The translations under genes and the position numbers were made by a program. The notes below the pieces were generated by a model, which ran no database searches, was not told the DNA's origin, and saw only the letters and a program-made list of their open reading frames with translations. From the IMG/VR virus record IMGVR_UViG_3300027969_000047: a DNA stretch of 64,000 bases. One strand, given 5' to 3'. This DNA comes from a virus. Positions 39,795 through 49,662 of the stretch are shown piece by piece (the first letter of the stretch is position 1; every line of letters begins with the position of its first letter).

Positions 39795-40198
39795 TAAGAA
39801 TAATTTCCAGTAAAGACTGCTTGAATAGATGTTGCAGAGCGAACGATGTAATCGATTCTATCAACAGCATTTGCGGTTGTTGATAGTGTGGGTACAGTTC
39901 CAGTAGGAAAGTCCCACTGTGTACCCCATGAAAGTGTTCTGCTTCCAGTAGCATCTTGAACAACAAAGATTGAACCTGATTGACCAGAAGTTAATGAAGT
40001 AACATTAGCGATTGTTCTGTTGCCACCAAGAGTCACTGTGAAGTTACAGCTTGTTTGTAAATTTGGTGTGATGGTTGCGGCATCAGTCAATGTCGTAATC
40101 GTTGGAGCCAAAGCACCATCGATTGTGTCGGATACTGTCAACTCACCTAATGAAGTAACATCATTGCTTGTGTAAATTGATTTAACTATTCTAGCCAT
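39794..40198 (-). CDS. fibre adaptor protein
   Basis: NFTVTLGGNRT, QDATGSRTLSW and PTLSTTANAVD motifs. Confidence 0.6.
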   Translation of the reverse strand: MARIVKSIYTSNDVTSLGELTVSDTIDGALAPTITTLTDAATITPNLQTSCNFTVTLGGNRTIANVTSLTSGQSGSIFVVQDATGSRTLSWGTQWDFPTGTVPTLSTTANAVDRIDYIVRSATSIQAVFTGNYS

Positions 40199-40217
40199 AT
40201 ATTTCTTCTTTTAAAAA

Positions 40218-40373
40218 TTAAGACAGTTGAATTGCATCGTATGTTCCATCATATTTATAGAATGGAATTTGACCGAGTTGCAGTACAAGTGCAGTGTTTA
40301 ATGTTCCATCATATTTATAGAATGGAAATATCGCATTAGTTAAAAATGTTGATTTGATTCTACTTAGTGCCAT
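40218..40373 (-). CDS. small protein (51 aa) with two PFYKYDGT repeats; not in the ORF track
   Basis: Manual translation MALSRIKST...; AGGA SD; fills the gap between neighbours. Confidence 0.65.
   Translation of the reverse strand: MALSRIKSTFLTNAIFPFYKYDGTLNTALVLQLGQIPFYKYDGTYDAIQLS
40241..40327. repeat. 27-bp perfect direct repeat containing a late-promoter motif
   Basis: ATGTTCCATCATATTTATAGAATGGAA at 40241-40267 and 40301-40327. Confidence 0.9.
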
Positions 40374-40389
40374 TTTGTTATCCTGTTAG

Positions 40390-40743
40390 TTAGTCGAATG
40401 TAATTTCATTCCAACTTGTTGTGGATTCAATCCACTCATAATTTTTACCATCATTAGGCATTGGTGTTGGTGCTTGCCATAACCAAGTCGATTCATTCAT
40501 AATCCAACTAGCATATGGTTTTGGTTCATAGAACACATCATTTGTTTTATCGTAAGTGAAACCAACTCCAGCATAATTACCCCGTAAAGGTGTACCACCT
40601 TGAGTGTGTTGATTACCATATGTATTATATGAAGTCTGAATCCATTCACCCGGACTTGTGTCTACGAATGTATCAAAAAATTCTTGTTCAGCAACAATCA
40701 CTTTTGTTACTTTACCGTCCGTTACTTTTGCAAAATGTGCCAT
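40390..40743 (-). CDS. small tip-associated protein (putative chaperone)
   Basis: MAHFAK..., WIQTSYNT, RGNYAG.G, W.AP.PMP; follows a Gly-rich tip gene. Confidence 0.65.
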   Translation of the reverse strand: MAHFAKVTDGKVTKVIVAEQEFFDTFVDTSPGEWIQTSYNTYGNQHTQGGTPLRGNYAGVGFTYDKTNDVFYEPKPYASWIMNESTWLWQAPTPMPNDGKNYEWIESTTSWNEITFD

Positions 40744-40751
40744 TATTTTCC

Positions 40752-41771
40752 TTACGCTGTAAATGTACCAGAAGAGGTGAAGGTGTGATAGGTGTATCCA
40801 CCAGCAGAAGTTACTGTACCACCGGTACCTCTTTGACTTCCAACATAACGAATAATAATAATGCCGCTGCCGCCAAGTTTACCAGCTTGCGATCCGCTTG
40901 TGCCATAGGAGCCGCCGCCGCCGCCGCCGGTATTAACCGTGCCAGCAGTAGAACTAGCGAATGGAGCACCTGTACCACCACCACCAGCACCTCCTGTAAC
41001 AGTTCCAGATCCGCCGCCTGAGCCTCCACCTGCGTAAAATGTTCCAAGTGATTGCCAGTTTACTCCTGCGCCACCTTGGTTTCCAGAACCGGCAGCACTT
41101 GCACCACCGCCACCGCCAGCAGTTCCTTGACCACCAGGAGCCGCACCACCATCTTTGCCTTGTCCAAAAGTTCCGGTACCTGCACTTTGGCTGCCAGTGC
41201 CTGTGGGATCGCCAGCACCACCACCTGATCCGCCATTACGAGTAGAAGCGCCGTTATTAGGACCTCCCGATCCGCCACCTACCGCAGTTAAAGTAAGTCC
41301 AGTAGAATCACTACCGGCATATCCTGCTGTGGCGCCGCCAGCACCAATGACAAGTGTATATGCTGTGGTTAAAGATGCAGTGAATGTGCCGTACAGCGCC
41401 CCGCCGGCGCCTCCACCACCAGAAGCGTAAGTACCTGTTCCCAGATTAGCGCCACCGGCACCTCCGCCCGCAACAATTAAATATTCGACCGCATATGTTC
41501 CAGCAGTTTGTGTTGTAAGAGCAAGCCAAGAAACATTTGAGTATGCTTCAAATTCACTATTTGTTGTGTTGTAGCGAATCATTCCAACAACCGCACTGGC
41601 TGGTCGTTGTGCGGTTGTGCCACTAGGAATTTTTAGAAATCCTGTGCCATTGAATGTTGTGTTACCAGTCACAGTCATGTTATTCGAAAATGTCACCTGC
41701 GCCGCAACATTAATCGAAGATGCGTATGATGCATCTGATTCTATGCGGTCAACAATTATAGTTCCAGCCAT
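40752..41771 (-). CDS. glycine-rich fibre tip protein
   Basis: PSGTTAQRP/GMIRYN, VEYLIVAGGG, GGSGIIIIRY, HTFTSSGTF. Confidence 0.75.
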   Translation of the reverse strand: MAGTIIVDRIESDASYASSINVAAQVTFSNNMTVTGNTTFNGTGFLKIPSGTTAQRPASAVVGMIRYNTTNSEFEAYSNVSWLALTTQTAGTYAVEYLIVAGGGAGGANLGTGTYASGGGGAGGALYGTFTASLTTAYTLVIGAGGATAGYAGSDSTGLTLTAVGGGSGGPNNGASTRNGGSGGGAGDPTGTGSQSAGTGTFGQGKDGGAAPGGQGTAGGGGGASAAGSGNQGGAGVNWQSLGTFYAGGGSGGGSGTVTGGAGGGGTGAPFASSTAGTVNTGGGGGGSYGTSGSQAGKLGGSGIIIIRYVGSQRGTGGTVTSAGGYTYHTFTSSGTFTA

Positions 41772-41808
41772 TTTTTATCCTAATGTGTTAAGTATATAGT
41801 AGGTCATA

Positions 41809-42078
41809 TTAGATTCCCAACGCTTGTTTTAATTTTGCTAGTTCTGCTGGGTTTTCTAAAATCATGTCAGTCAATGATTTAGGTGTTGGCATTTCAATAA
41901 CTTCAGGCGGATTTGGATTTGTAAATGTGCTGTTTGCATAAGTCCAACCAATGCTTACATTATCAGCTTGAACAGCTACATGACCCTCTTCAAAACCCGC
42001 AGGAGGTGTAGAAGGTTGTGATTCATATTCAATGACATTGATAACAACACCATCTTTAACAATTGCGTATTTGTTCAT
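41809..42078 (-). CDS. small tip-associated protein
   Basis: YAIVKDGVVINVI...IGWTY; coupled to the upstream Gly-rich gene. Confidence 0.6.
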   Translation of the reverse strand: MNKYAIVKDGVVINVIEYESQPSTPPAGFEEGHVAVQADNVSIGWTYANSTFTNPNPPEVIEMPTPKSLTDMILENPAELAKLKQALGI

Positions 42079-42821
42079 ATATAAAACTCCATAACAATGA
42101 TAATTCCAGAACCGCCAGCGCCGCCGTTTTGCGCCCCGCCCGTACCAGCAGTTCCTCCTGCTCCAACCGCATATGAATAAGTTGCGGATGGTGATAAAAT
42201 AATGGCTTCAAGATACCCACCAGCGGCACCTCCAGCACCCGCATATTGGTTATTAATGTAAGTAACTGCGCCAGCACCTCCTGCTCCCGTATTTGCGGCA
42301 CCCGCACCAGAAGCGGCGGCTTGAGCATTTGCACAAGCAGAACCACCAAATGGGTTTACGCCGCCATATCCGCCGGGATATTGAGCAGAAGAAAGAGTGC
42401 CGGGATACATTCCTCCGCCACCTTGACCACCAGTTAATGTAAATCCAGAAGCAGGCGAACTTATTGTTGCGCTACCACCAGCACCTGCAATATAACTAGA
42501 ACCGGCACCACCAGTAGCAGTTAGCAAAGATGTGCCAAATGTTGTAGTGCCACCACTACCACCTGCACCAGAATTATTGGTTGTACCACCACCACTACCA
42601 CCTCCACACATTTTTACATAAATGGCTTTACAGTTTGCGGGAGTTGTATAGGTACCAGAACCAGAAGTAAATTTTTGAATTGTTATACCACCACTTGCGG
42701 CTTTGAGAAATGTTGGAATACCACTAGAATCAAATCGTGCATACTCAGTGCCAGCTGAATTCAGAACGAATACATTCGATGTGGTAGACTGTAGTGTATC
42801 TGCTTTAATTGTGCTTGCCAT
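42075..42821 (-). CDS. glycine-rich fibre tip protein
   Basis: FTSGSGTYTTP, GGG repeats, GGSGIIIVMEF. Confidence 0.7.
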   Translation of the reverse strand: MASTIKADTLQSTTSNVFVLNSAGTEYARFDSSGIPTFLKAASGGITIQKFTSGSGTYTTPANCKAIYVKMCGGGSGGGTTNNSGAGGSGGTTTFGTSLLTATGGAGSSYIAGAGGSATISSPASGFTLTGGQGGGGMYPGTLSSAQYPGGYGGVNPFGGSACANAQAAASGAGAANTGAGGAGAVTYINNQYAGAGGAAGGYLEAIILSPSATYSYAVGAGGTAGTGGAQNGGAGGSGIIIVMEFYI

Positions 42822-42824
42822 TTT

Positions 42825-43061
42825 TTATCCTTGAGGCATTGCAGATTTAATTTGTTCTACTGTAGTAGCAGAATTAATCGCTGTTTGCATAGTGTCATAT
42901 TTAATTCTGATTGCGGCTCTTGCGGCTTCGGCCACTGTAGCATCAACACCAGGAATCTGTTTCATAATGATTTCATCATGTGGTTTAAATTCTTCTGCTC
43001 TCGCTTCACGGCGCTTATCATGTGCGATTGCTTTTGCTTTAGTTACATTGACAGTAATCAT
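42825..43061 (-). CDS. small tip-associated protein
   Basis: MITVNVTKAKAIAHDKRR; ATGA-coupled to the upstream gene. Confidence 0.6.
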   Translation of the reverse strand: MITVNVTKAKAIAHDKRREARAEEFKPHDEIIMKQIPGVDATVAEAARAAIRIKYDTMQTAINSATTVEQIKSAMPQG

Positions 43062-43249
43062 GCTGTATATTCCCATGCGTTACGGAAGGTACGGTCAGAT
43101 GGAATGTCTTCCACATCTACAATCTTGAATGGTTTGCCAGCAGGGACATCCTTGGCGGCAATTTCTTCAATGGTTAAACCACACTCTGGTGCAGGAACAA
43201 TGACGGCGACACCGCCATCGTCAGTTGGGTAAATAATTCTTGAGTTCAT
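43058..43249 (-). CDS. small tip-associated protein
   Basis: IAAKDVPAG...IPSDRTFRNAW. Confidence 0.65.
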   Translation of the reverse strand: MNSRIIYPTDDGGVAVIVPAPECGLTIEEIAAKDVPAGKPFKIVDVEDIPSDRTFRNAWEYTA

Positions 43250-43257
43250 AGTTATCC

Positions 43258-43932
43258 CTATCGAAAAATTGCGACATTACATGGGTTTTCATCAACAGCA
43301 GAACCAGTACTAACTGCTCTTGCTGAAATAGTTACAGCCGAAACAGTTTGAGTACCAGCACCAACAGCATAGGAAGAACCTGAAGTGCCTTGTCCACCAC
43401 CTGTCCAAACAGTTGTGTAGTTTACATCTGGCAAAGCAGTTGTTATATTAACAGTATAATTACCAGTACCATTATCAGTAATACTCGACACATTACCACT
43501 TTTACGAATAGCAACAGTGCCTGTGCCGTCAAAGTTTACCCATGCACGGCAACCATATGCAGTGGCAACAGAGCCATAGCCTGAGTTGAATTGAAAATTA
43601 GCATTAGCAGAATTTGAATCAAATCTACCAACTTCAACACCACCTCTAGTAAATCCAATCGTGTTGGCGGAAGGAAAGTATATACCTGTATCTGGATCAC
43701 CCGCTGTGGTGATGCTAGGTAATGCGGCTGAGCCTGTTGAGAATGTAGCTACACCAGTAATATTTGCAGTGGTAAATGTAGCACTGCTATTTGCTATATT
43801 GATATTAACATTGGTTGTAGGAATCAAAGTCAATCCAGTGCTACTAGCCGTAAGGATAGTAGTGTTACCCACATTCAGACTAATCTGCTGTGAGGTAGCT
43901 TGAATTGTATCTGCAATAATTGTGCCGGCCAT
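43258..43932 (-). CDS. fibre tip protein
   Basis: AWVNFDG...SGNVSSITDNGTGNYTVN domain; DTGIYFP fibre motif. Confidence 0.7.
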   Translation of the reverse strand: MAGTIIADTIQATSQQISLNVGNTTILTASSTGLTLIPTTNVNINIANSSATFTTANITGVATFSTGSAALPSITTAGDPDTGIYFPSANTIGFTRGGVEVGRFDSNSANANFQFNSGYGSVATAYGCRAWVNFDGTGTVAIRKSGNVSSITDNGTGNYTVNITTALPDVNYTTVWTGGGQGTSGSSYAVGAGTQTVSAVTISARAVSTGSAVDENPCNVAIFR

Positions 43933-43940
43933 GTTTTACC

Positions 43941-44363
43941 TTAAAATATTGTCCAAGTGCTATTGTTCGCTATTGTTACAACTACATTATTTGCAACAGT
44001 CAATGGACCAGCAGAACTTGCATTATAGCCTGTACTAATTGTGACATTCTCTGTCAGAGTAGCGGCGTTGATTCTAACAATTCCATATGTATCTGCACTT
44101 AGATATGGATTTGTAAGTATTCTTTGTCCAAGATAAACAATCTCGACATTGTTTGTACCAGCTGGTGGTGCTTCAGTAAAGACGATTTGTCCATTGATTA
44201 CTGCATACGAATCTGTCTTCTGCTTAACACCAGAAACAAAAACAAGCACGGATGCTTCATTACCATATGGGTAAGTTAATGTGAATGCAGTTGTTGTACC
44301 ATCACCAGACTCAAATTCAGAGTTGAATGTTCCTGCTACTTGCTGTTGGCCGAGATATGACAT
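43941..44363 (-). CDS. fibre adaptor protein (MSYLG family)
   Basis: GDGTTTAFTL...FTEAPP domain plus C-terminal NASSAGPLT...WTIF. Confidence 0.65.
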   Translation of the reverse strand: MSYLGQQQVAGTFNSEFESGDGTTTAFTLTYPYGNEASVLVFVSGVKQKTDSYAVINGQIVFTEAPPAGTNNVEIVYLGQRILTNPYLSADTYGIVRINAATLTENVTISTGYNASSAGPLTVANNVVVTIANNSTWTIF

Positions 44364-44371
44364 AATTGTAT

Positions 44372-44542
44372 TTAGTTGGTTTCTTCAGCAGGTTCAGGAG
44401 TATTGCCTTCGGCAAGCCATTTAAGGTAGACTTGGTAGTCGGTGTTGGCTGGGTCAAAAGGAATTCCTGCATTGTCTGAAACTCTTAATACAACTTGAAA
44501 ATTATCAGATGGTAGTTTTTCAACTAGTTTATATAAGTTCAT
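44372..44542 (-). CDS. small protein (56 aa), [11 protein letters not shown] family; not in the ORF track
   Basis: Manual translation MNLYKLVE...[30 protein letters not shown]. Confidence 0.75.
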   Translation of the reverse strand: MNLYKLVEKLPSDNFQVVLRVSDNAGIPFDPANTDYQVYLKWLAEGNTPEPAEETN

Positions 44543-44544
44543 TA

Positions 44545-45597
44545 TTACAACTCCGAATTAAATTGAAAAGAACCTGAAATCCAATAAGTATGGTTATCCG
44601 ATACGGATGTTAAATTATTGATATTCATTTGAACATTATTTGAATATACACCGCCAGACCCAAAAGTAGCAGAACCAACTCCTGCTCCTGTACTGTCATA
44701 TCTAGACACAGTTGAAACAGACCCAGTAATTGTTGGTGTTGCCCGCATCGTAGTTGGAGTACACATATTAGCGGTCACTGATGTACTGTTGCCACCACCG
44801 GCAGCATATCGGGCTACTCCAAGCGAAAGGTAATACCTCTGACACAATCTCAATTCATTTCCATAGTCACGATAATCGAATGCTGTGGCCTGCGGTGCTT
44901 TTTCCAATTGAACACCAGTAATATGCCAAGTTGCTCCACTGTTTGAAACGAGATTTACCTGTCCTGTGACACCACGATAACCAGTTGAACTCCATGCACC
45001 AGCAGTTCCTACAAGTGATGATCCAGCACCTAAACTAAAAAATACAGAGACACCTGTTCCTGTTGTTGTATTCCATGTTCCTGTTGTATCCCCAGCAATG
45101 GTTACAGATTTTTGTTCCCAAGTATTTGCATTGTTGATTGTGTAGCTGAACGGATATACTCTACTACCATCATTATTTGTTAATATGCCACCAAATGTTC
45201 CTGTTAGTGAAGAATTGACCCAAAACGATAAAGTGATTGTTTTAGCGTTTGCTGTTCCCCAATTCATATCAGCAAAGTTATAACCTTCTACTCTTTGCAT
45301 TACTTCAAATTCATCAGTTGATAATACTGAATATGAAGATGATGAAGTAACTTTTAAAGCATGAGAAAACCCAACAGGAACAACCGATGTTTGTTGTTGT
45401 GTGGTAAATTTTGATGCTTGTGAAAGACCGCATCTCCATCTATCTACACCGAAACCACCATCCGCAGGAGTAATACTAGCACCAGCATTTCTCTGGTCAA
45501 TCACCATGGCGCCGTTAATGATTCTGTTCTTAAATCCGAACGGAGAAAAACCACCATTCTCATTGCTGAGTGCTTGCGATACTGTTTGAATTCCCAT
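44545..45597 (-). CDS. fibre tip protein with a carbohydrate-binding-like domain
   Basis: [40 protein letters not shown]; paralogue of 47711-48802. Confidence 0.75.
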   Translation of the reverse strand: MGIQTVSQALSNENGGFSPFGFKNRIINGAMVIDQRNAGASITPADGGFGVDRWRCGLSQASKFTTQQQTSVVPVGFSHALKVTSSSSYSVLSTDEFEVMQRVEGYNFADMNWGTANAKTITLSFWVNSSLTGTFGGILTNNDGSRVYPFSYTINNANTWEQKSVTIAGDTTGTWNTTTGTGVSVFFSLGAGSSLVGTAGAWSSTGYRGVTGQVNLVSNSGATWHITGVQLEKAPQATAFDYRDYGNELRLCQRYYLSLGVARYAAGGGNSTSVTANMCTPTTMRATPTITGSVSTVSRYDSTGAGVGSATFGSGGVYSNNVQMNINNLTSVSDNHTYWISGSFQFNSEL

Positions 45598-45607
45598 TAT
45601 TGTTCTC

Positions 45608-45880
45608 TTAAACTTTTGGATACTTAGTTTTTACTGCCAAGCAATCAGCAATATATTTGTCGATTTGCGCTTGGTCACCTTTGGCAATACCATCAAGGTA
45701 GTCAGTCATTGGAGGATATTCAGCGGCACGCTTCTCAGCATAAGTTCTTGCGGATTGTGTGGCTGCACGAATAGTGGCGGCTTCCTCGTCTGTAATCTGA
45801 ACAGAACCAGCGGGAAGTAGATGAGTGAATGAATCGTCATCAAGGTAATGTATGGAGTTGTCGGGAGCTTTGTAATGCAT
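45608..45880 (-). CDS. tip chaperone-like protein
   Basis: RAAEYPP...AVKTKYPKV; related to 48806-49066. Confidence 0.65.
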   Translation of the reverse strand: MHYKAPDNSIHYLDDDSFTHLLPAGSVQITDEEAATIRAATQSARTYAEKRAAEYPPMTDYLDGIAKGDQAQIDKYIADCLAVKTKYPKV

Positions 45881-45891
45881 GATTATCTTTC

Positions 45892-46680
45892 TTAACGAAG
45901 TTCTGCCCACACACCTAGTGATGCGGTACTTGTGTGCGAGTAGCTTGCGCCGGGTGGCACAATAAATTGAACACCGGGTTGGTCACCGCCTGTGGGGTTG
46001 CTAGTATAGCTAAAAATAGTAACCCCATTAACAACAACTGTTGAAATATTGGTTGAGTTTGCTTGAGTTTGCACACTAACTTGGATAGGTTTGCCAGTGG
46101 TGTTGTAGTAGGTTGTAGACAATGCTCTGCTTGGCAATTGCCAAGTCTGCCCATATCCCAAACTACTCATTGCAGCCAAAGCCTGACCACCATAGCCTTG
46201 GATGGTTGATGGCGCAGTGGCCCAAGTACCAGCGGTTGCTTGGGTGGATTCAATGTAACCAATCACACGGAAAGGTACTCCTGTTCTAGCAGTAGTAGAA
46301 TAAACTGCACTTGCACTGTCAGCCGCACCAGCGCCGCCTTCGGCAGTAGTGTTGACCATGCCCGCCTCATCAAGATTGTTACCACCAGCAATGTTTACTG
46401 CCGCCAGTTCAATCGTGCCACCGTTGTTTATCGCAAGAACTATGATACGGGACTGCGTAGCCGATACAGTTCCAAGGGTTGAACCGCTTGAAATAACCAA
46501 GTTGGCGGGAGTTCCAGATACCGTAGTGACTGTGCCGCTTCCCAGCGTGGTAGAACGAAAATCAAGCGTAAGAGCAGATGCTGAAATTGTTAAAGCACTA
46601 GAAGCTACAGATGCAGTAATAGAAAATATTTTATCGAAAGCATTTGTGAATGTTGGATTAATTGTTCCTACTAGTGCCAT
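45892..46680 (-). CDS. fibre tip protein
   Basis: IELAAVN, LGYGQTWQ...YYNTTGKPI...IVPPGASY motifs as in bacteriophage tail fibre tips. Confidence 0.65.
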   Translation of the reverse strand: MALVGTINPTFTNAFDKIFSITASVASSALTISASALTLDFRSTTLGSGTVTTVSGTPANLVISSGSTLGTVSATQSRIIVLAINNGGTIELAAVNIAGGNNLDEAGMVNTTAEGGAGAADSASAVYSTTARTGVPFRVIGYIESTQATAGTWATAPSTIQGYGGQALAAMSSLGYGQTWQLPSRALSTTYYNTTGKPIQVSVQTQANSTNISTVVVNGVTIFSYTSNPTGGDQPGVQFIVPPGASYSHTSTASLGVWAELR

Positions 46681-47549
46681 TATTGAATCTCCTCAATGGC
46701 AAAACGATATTTCTTACCAGTTTTATTATTGATTAAAAACAAACTCTGTTCTCCCTCTTGGACAGTCCAGTTACCTTTTGTTCCGTCTACCATGTTGCCA
46801 TCTACCTTACCTTCATTAGATAAGTGTAAGTCACCAGTGTAGATGTTTGACCAACGGAATGATGATGAACCTAAATCATATGTAGTGTTTGCTGTTGGAA
46901 GAATACTTCCTGATATTGACAGTGTACCAGTGATAGTTGGTGCAACAATGTTTGGTTGACTGATAGTTGAATTTGCAGCCAGCACTGTTATTGTGCTTGT
47001 TGTTCTGAAACCTAAATGACGAATGTGTACATTTGCACTGAATGGAGGTGCAGATGTAAATGTGATTGTGCTACCAGATGTTGTATAGTGTGCAGGTGCT
47101 CTTTGAACAACACCATCGACAGTAACGAATACTGTGTTTGCATCAGCAGGTGATTCTGATAATCCGTATGAAGACACATTACCATTTGCAGTAAAGTTAT
47201 CTGTAGTGAAAAGGCGAATGTTATTTGCTAACTTAGAATATGTGATAGAACCATCTGGCAATGAAACTTGAGCGCCTGACTGATAGTTTCTGTAAACAAC
47301 ATAGACATTGTTTGTACCAGTTGGTGGTGCTTCTGTGAATACTAGAGATGTGTTATTAACAGTGTATGCTGTTATCGGTTCTTGCTGAATGTTCTCAACA
47401 AAGACTTCAAGGTCAGTTGAAAAATTAACTGAGCGAGTTAGTGTGAATGTTGTTGTTGAATTGTTACCAGAGAATCGTTCAGCATCCGTTGGTATCGGAG
47501 AAGAACGGCTTATATCCCACGGTAAATTATTGTTTCCTAAGTATGACAT
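46680..47549 (-). CDS. fibre adaptor protein (MSYLG family)
   Basis: Two F.G....F.L...VxQ.P...FT.AP domains; C-terminal WSNIYTGDLHLSNE...WTVQEG. Confidence 0.65.
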   Translation of the reverse strand: MSYLGNNNLPWDISRSSPIPTDAERFSGNNSTTTFTLTRSVNFSTDLEVFVENIQQEPITAYTVNNTSLVFTEAPPTGTNNVYVVYRNYQSGAQVSLPDGSITYSKLANNIRLFTTDNFTANGNVSSYGLSESPADANTVFVTVDGVVQRAPAHYTTSGSTITFTSAPPFSANVHIRHLGFRTTSTITVLAANSTISQPNIVAPTITGTLSISGSILPTANTTYDLGSSSFRWSNIYTGDLHLSNEGKVDGNMVDGTKGNWTVQEGEQSLFLINNKTGKKYRFAIEEIQ

Positions 47550-47557
47550 AATTGTAT

Positions 47558-47710
47558 TTATTCGCCTTGGTCAGCAGGTTCTGGAGTATTGCCTTCAGCA
47601 AGCCATGCAAGGTAGGCTTGGTTTAATTCACGATGTACAAAAACGCCATCAGACAATCTAATTGCGTATTCGCTTAATTCATTATTTGGTAATTTAATAA
47701 GTTTGTACAT
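47558..47710 (-). CDS. small protein (50 aa), [11 protein letters not shown] family; not in the ORF track
   Basis: Manual translation MYKLIKLP...[20 protein letters not shown]. Confidence 0.75.
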   Translation of the reverse strand: MYKLIKLPNNELSEYAIRLSDGVFVHRELNQAYLAWLAEGNTPEPADQGE

Positions 47711-48802
47711 TTATGGTAACTCCGATCCAGCAGTCCATTGAAATCTAAAACAAGTGGCGCTTGTGCTTGTGCTACCAAGTGCGGCAAAACCATTTTCGCT
47801 AGTTCCATATGTTGTTGGATTCTCATCTGTTCCTGCGGTGCTGTTTCTCACCTTTGCAATTGTTCCTGTCACGGGTGAATAAATTGACAACTCTGTTGGT
47901 GTTGTTCTTTTACTTACTTTAAAATAAACATTTGATGCTGGATTCCCTGCTGAATTACCTACTAAAGTGTATGCAACTCCGACCTCTGTTGCCGTTGCTG
48001 GAACAGTTGCACTTGCATATGACTTTTCATAGTACCTCTGACACAAAGCTAACTCAGCACCATATGAGCGATATTCAAAAGATGATGCAGTTGAACCTCT
48101 TTCTAACTGGACGCCTGTGATGTAGAAAGTAGCGCCGTTTGTTCCGACTACTGATGTTGCACCTGTGGCTGAAACATAGTTTGTTCCAGCCCATGAACCC
48201 GCTGTTCCACTATAAGTTGAGCCAACACCAAGGCCAAAGCTAATCATCATTCCTCTACTATTTGTTGTAAGCCATGTGCCAGATGTATCGCCAGCAATAG
48301 TTACAGTTTTTTGTTCAAAAGTATTTGCAGAATTGATTGTGTAAGTAAAGGGATAAGAACGGTCGCCTGCATTATTGTTTATTGCGCCACCAAATGTTCC
48401 TGTTAAGGAACTGCGAACCCAAAACGATAAAGTAACTGTTACGGCATTTGCTGTACCCCAAGCAAAATCTGCAACATTTAATCCTTCAATAGCTTGTCTT
48501 ACCGTAAAATAATCACCCACCAAAACAGAATATGCAGATGAAGATGTAACTAAGAGGCTATTAATAAATCCAGTTGGGGCGGTAGAACTTTGTTGTGTTG
48601 TGAATTTTGATGATTGACCAATTAAAAATTGCCACCTATCTAATGTGTATGCAGTTGCCGTAGGCGTAACACTAGCACCAGCGTTTCTCTGGTCAATCAC
48701 CATGGCACCATTGATGATGCGATTTTTAAATCCAGTCCAACCACCAGATTGTACTGAGCCGTCTGCGAATACTATACTATCGCCACCGTATGATACACTC
48801 AT
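47711..48802 (-). CDS. fibre tip protein with a carbohydrate-binding-like domain
   Basis: [15 protein letters not shown]...ITGVQLE...ELALCQRYY. Confidence 0.75.
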   Translation of the reverse strand: MSVSYGGDSIVFADGSVQSGGWTGFKNRIINGAMVIDQRNAGASVTPTATAYTLDRWQFLIGQSSKFTTQQSSTAPTGFINSLLVTSSSAYSVLVGDYFTVRQAIEGLNVADFAWGTANAVTVTLSFWVRSSLTGTFGGAINNNAGDRSYPFTYTINSANTFEQKTVTIAGDTSGTWLTTNSRGMMISFGLGVGSTYSGTAGSWAGTNYVSATGATSVVGTNGATFYITGVQLERGSTASSFEYRSYGAELALCQRYYEKSYASATVPATATEVGVAYTLVGNSAGNPASNVYFKVSKRTTPTELSIYSPVTGTIAKVRNSTAGTDENPTTYGTSENGFAALGSTSTSATCFRFQWTAGSELP

Positions 48803-48805
48803 TTG

Positions 48806-49066
48806 TTATACCTTTGGATATTTATCTTTAACTGTTTTAATCTGTGCTTTCCATGCATCAAGACCACTGTGATATAGAGTATCTAGTTGGTCTGGAATGG
48901 AAGAATATTCTGCGGCTCTTTGATACTTGTAAGTGTTAGGGTCGACCCAAGCATTTACAGCGGTTAAATCAATTTCTACTTTATTGCCTTGAGCATCAAA
49001 TGCACCTGCATCATCATCAACATATGCTGTTTGAGGATAAAGAGCGTAAATAGCTAAGTGATTCAT
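48806..49066 (-). CDS. tip chaperone-like protein
   Basis: RAAEY.SI.DQLD.LYH...VKDKYPKV; ATGA-coupled start. Confidence 0.65.
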   Translation of the reverse strand: MNHLAIYALYPQTAYVDDDAGAFDAQGNKVEIDLTAVNAWVDPNTYKYQRAAEYSSIPDQLDTLYHSGLDAWKAQIKTVKDKYPKV

Positions 49067-49623
49067 CCTGCAATCTCCATAACAGTAATTTGAGAAGGTG
49101 TTCGACCTTGCCATGCGTTAGTAACAATATAACTACCACCAAGCCCAGCTGTACCACCAGACTCAACATACATTTGAATTTTGTAAGTTATAGCACTTGT
49201 TGTAGATGGACTATCTAAAAATTGCCCACTCAGATTCTGAGCATAATGGCCATGAGAAGAACCAATTTGTGCAGATGATTGTTGTGCGCTACCGGCCGCA
49301 TCACCTAGAAAAATATTAGTTGAATCACGCACAAGTCTTAGATGAAGTCCATATGTTCCAGTAGTGCTTGATTGTGAAGCATATCCAGAAAATAAAACTA
49401 AAATTTTACTTGTTGTAGATGATGGTGTAATTGTAACAGAAAGTCCTGTCACATCTACAAAAGATGCACTCGCCGAAGTAAAATAACTTGTTTTTACTGT
49501 TTGAACCACTTGCAACACCGCACCAGCACCAATCGCAGTTGATTCAATAGCGCCTCTTGTTATTCCGGTAATGTCTCCATTACCAACGGTCATGGTTCCG
49601 TTTCCGTCAAGCGTTAAGGCCAT
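49063..49623 (-). CDS. fibre tip protein
   Basis: GAVLQVVQ, ITPSSTTSKILV, LDSPSTTSAITYKIQ, ITVMEIAG. Confidence 0.7.
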   Translation of the reverse strand: MALTLDGNGTMTVGNGDITGITRGAIESTAIGAGAVLQVVQTVKTSYFTSASASFVDVTGLSVTITPSSTTSKILVLFSGYASQSSTTGTYGLHLRLVRDSTNIFLGDAAGSAQQSSAQIGSSHGHYAQNLSGQFLDSPSTTSAITYKIQMYVESGGTAGLGGSYIVTNAWQGRTPSQITVMEIAG

Positions 49624-49662
49624 CTAACTGTTCCTTTGTTGTTGTATATATTCATTATTTGT

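Noticed and set aside
44545-48802. Possible diversity-generating retroelement (paralogous tips as TR/VR)
   Set aside because: No reverse transcriptase in the window, both copies are full genes, and differences are not confined to adenines.
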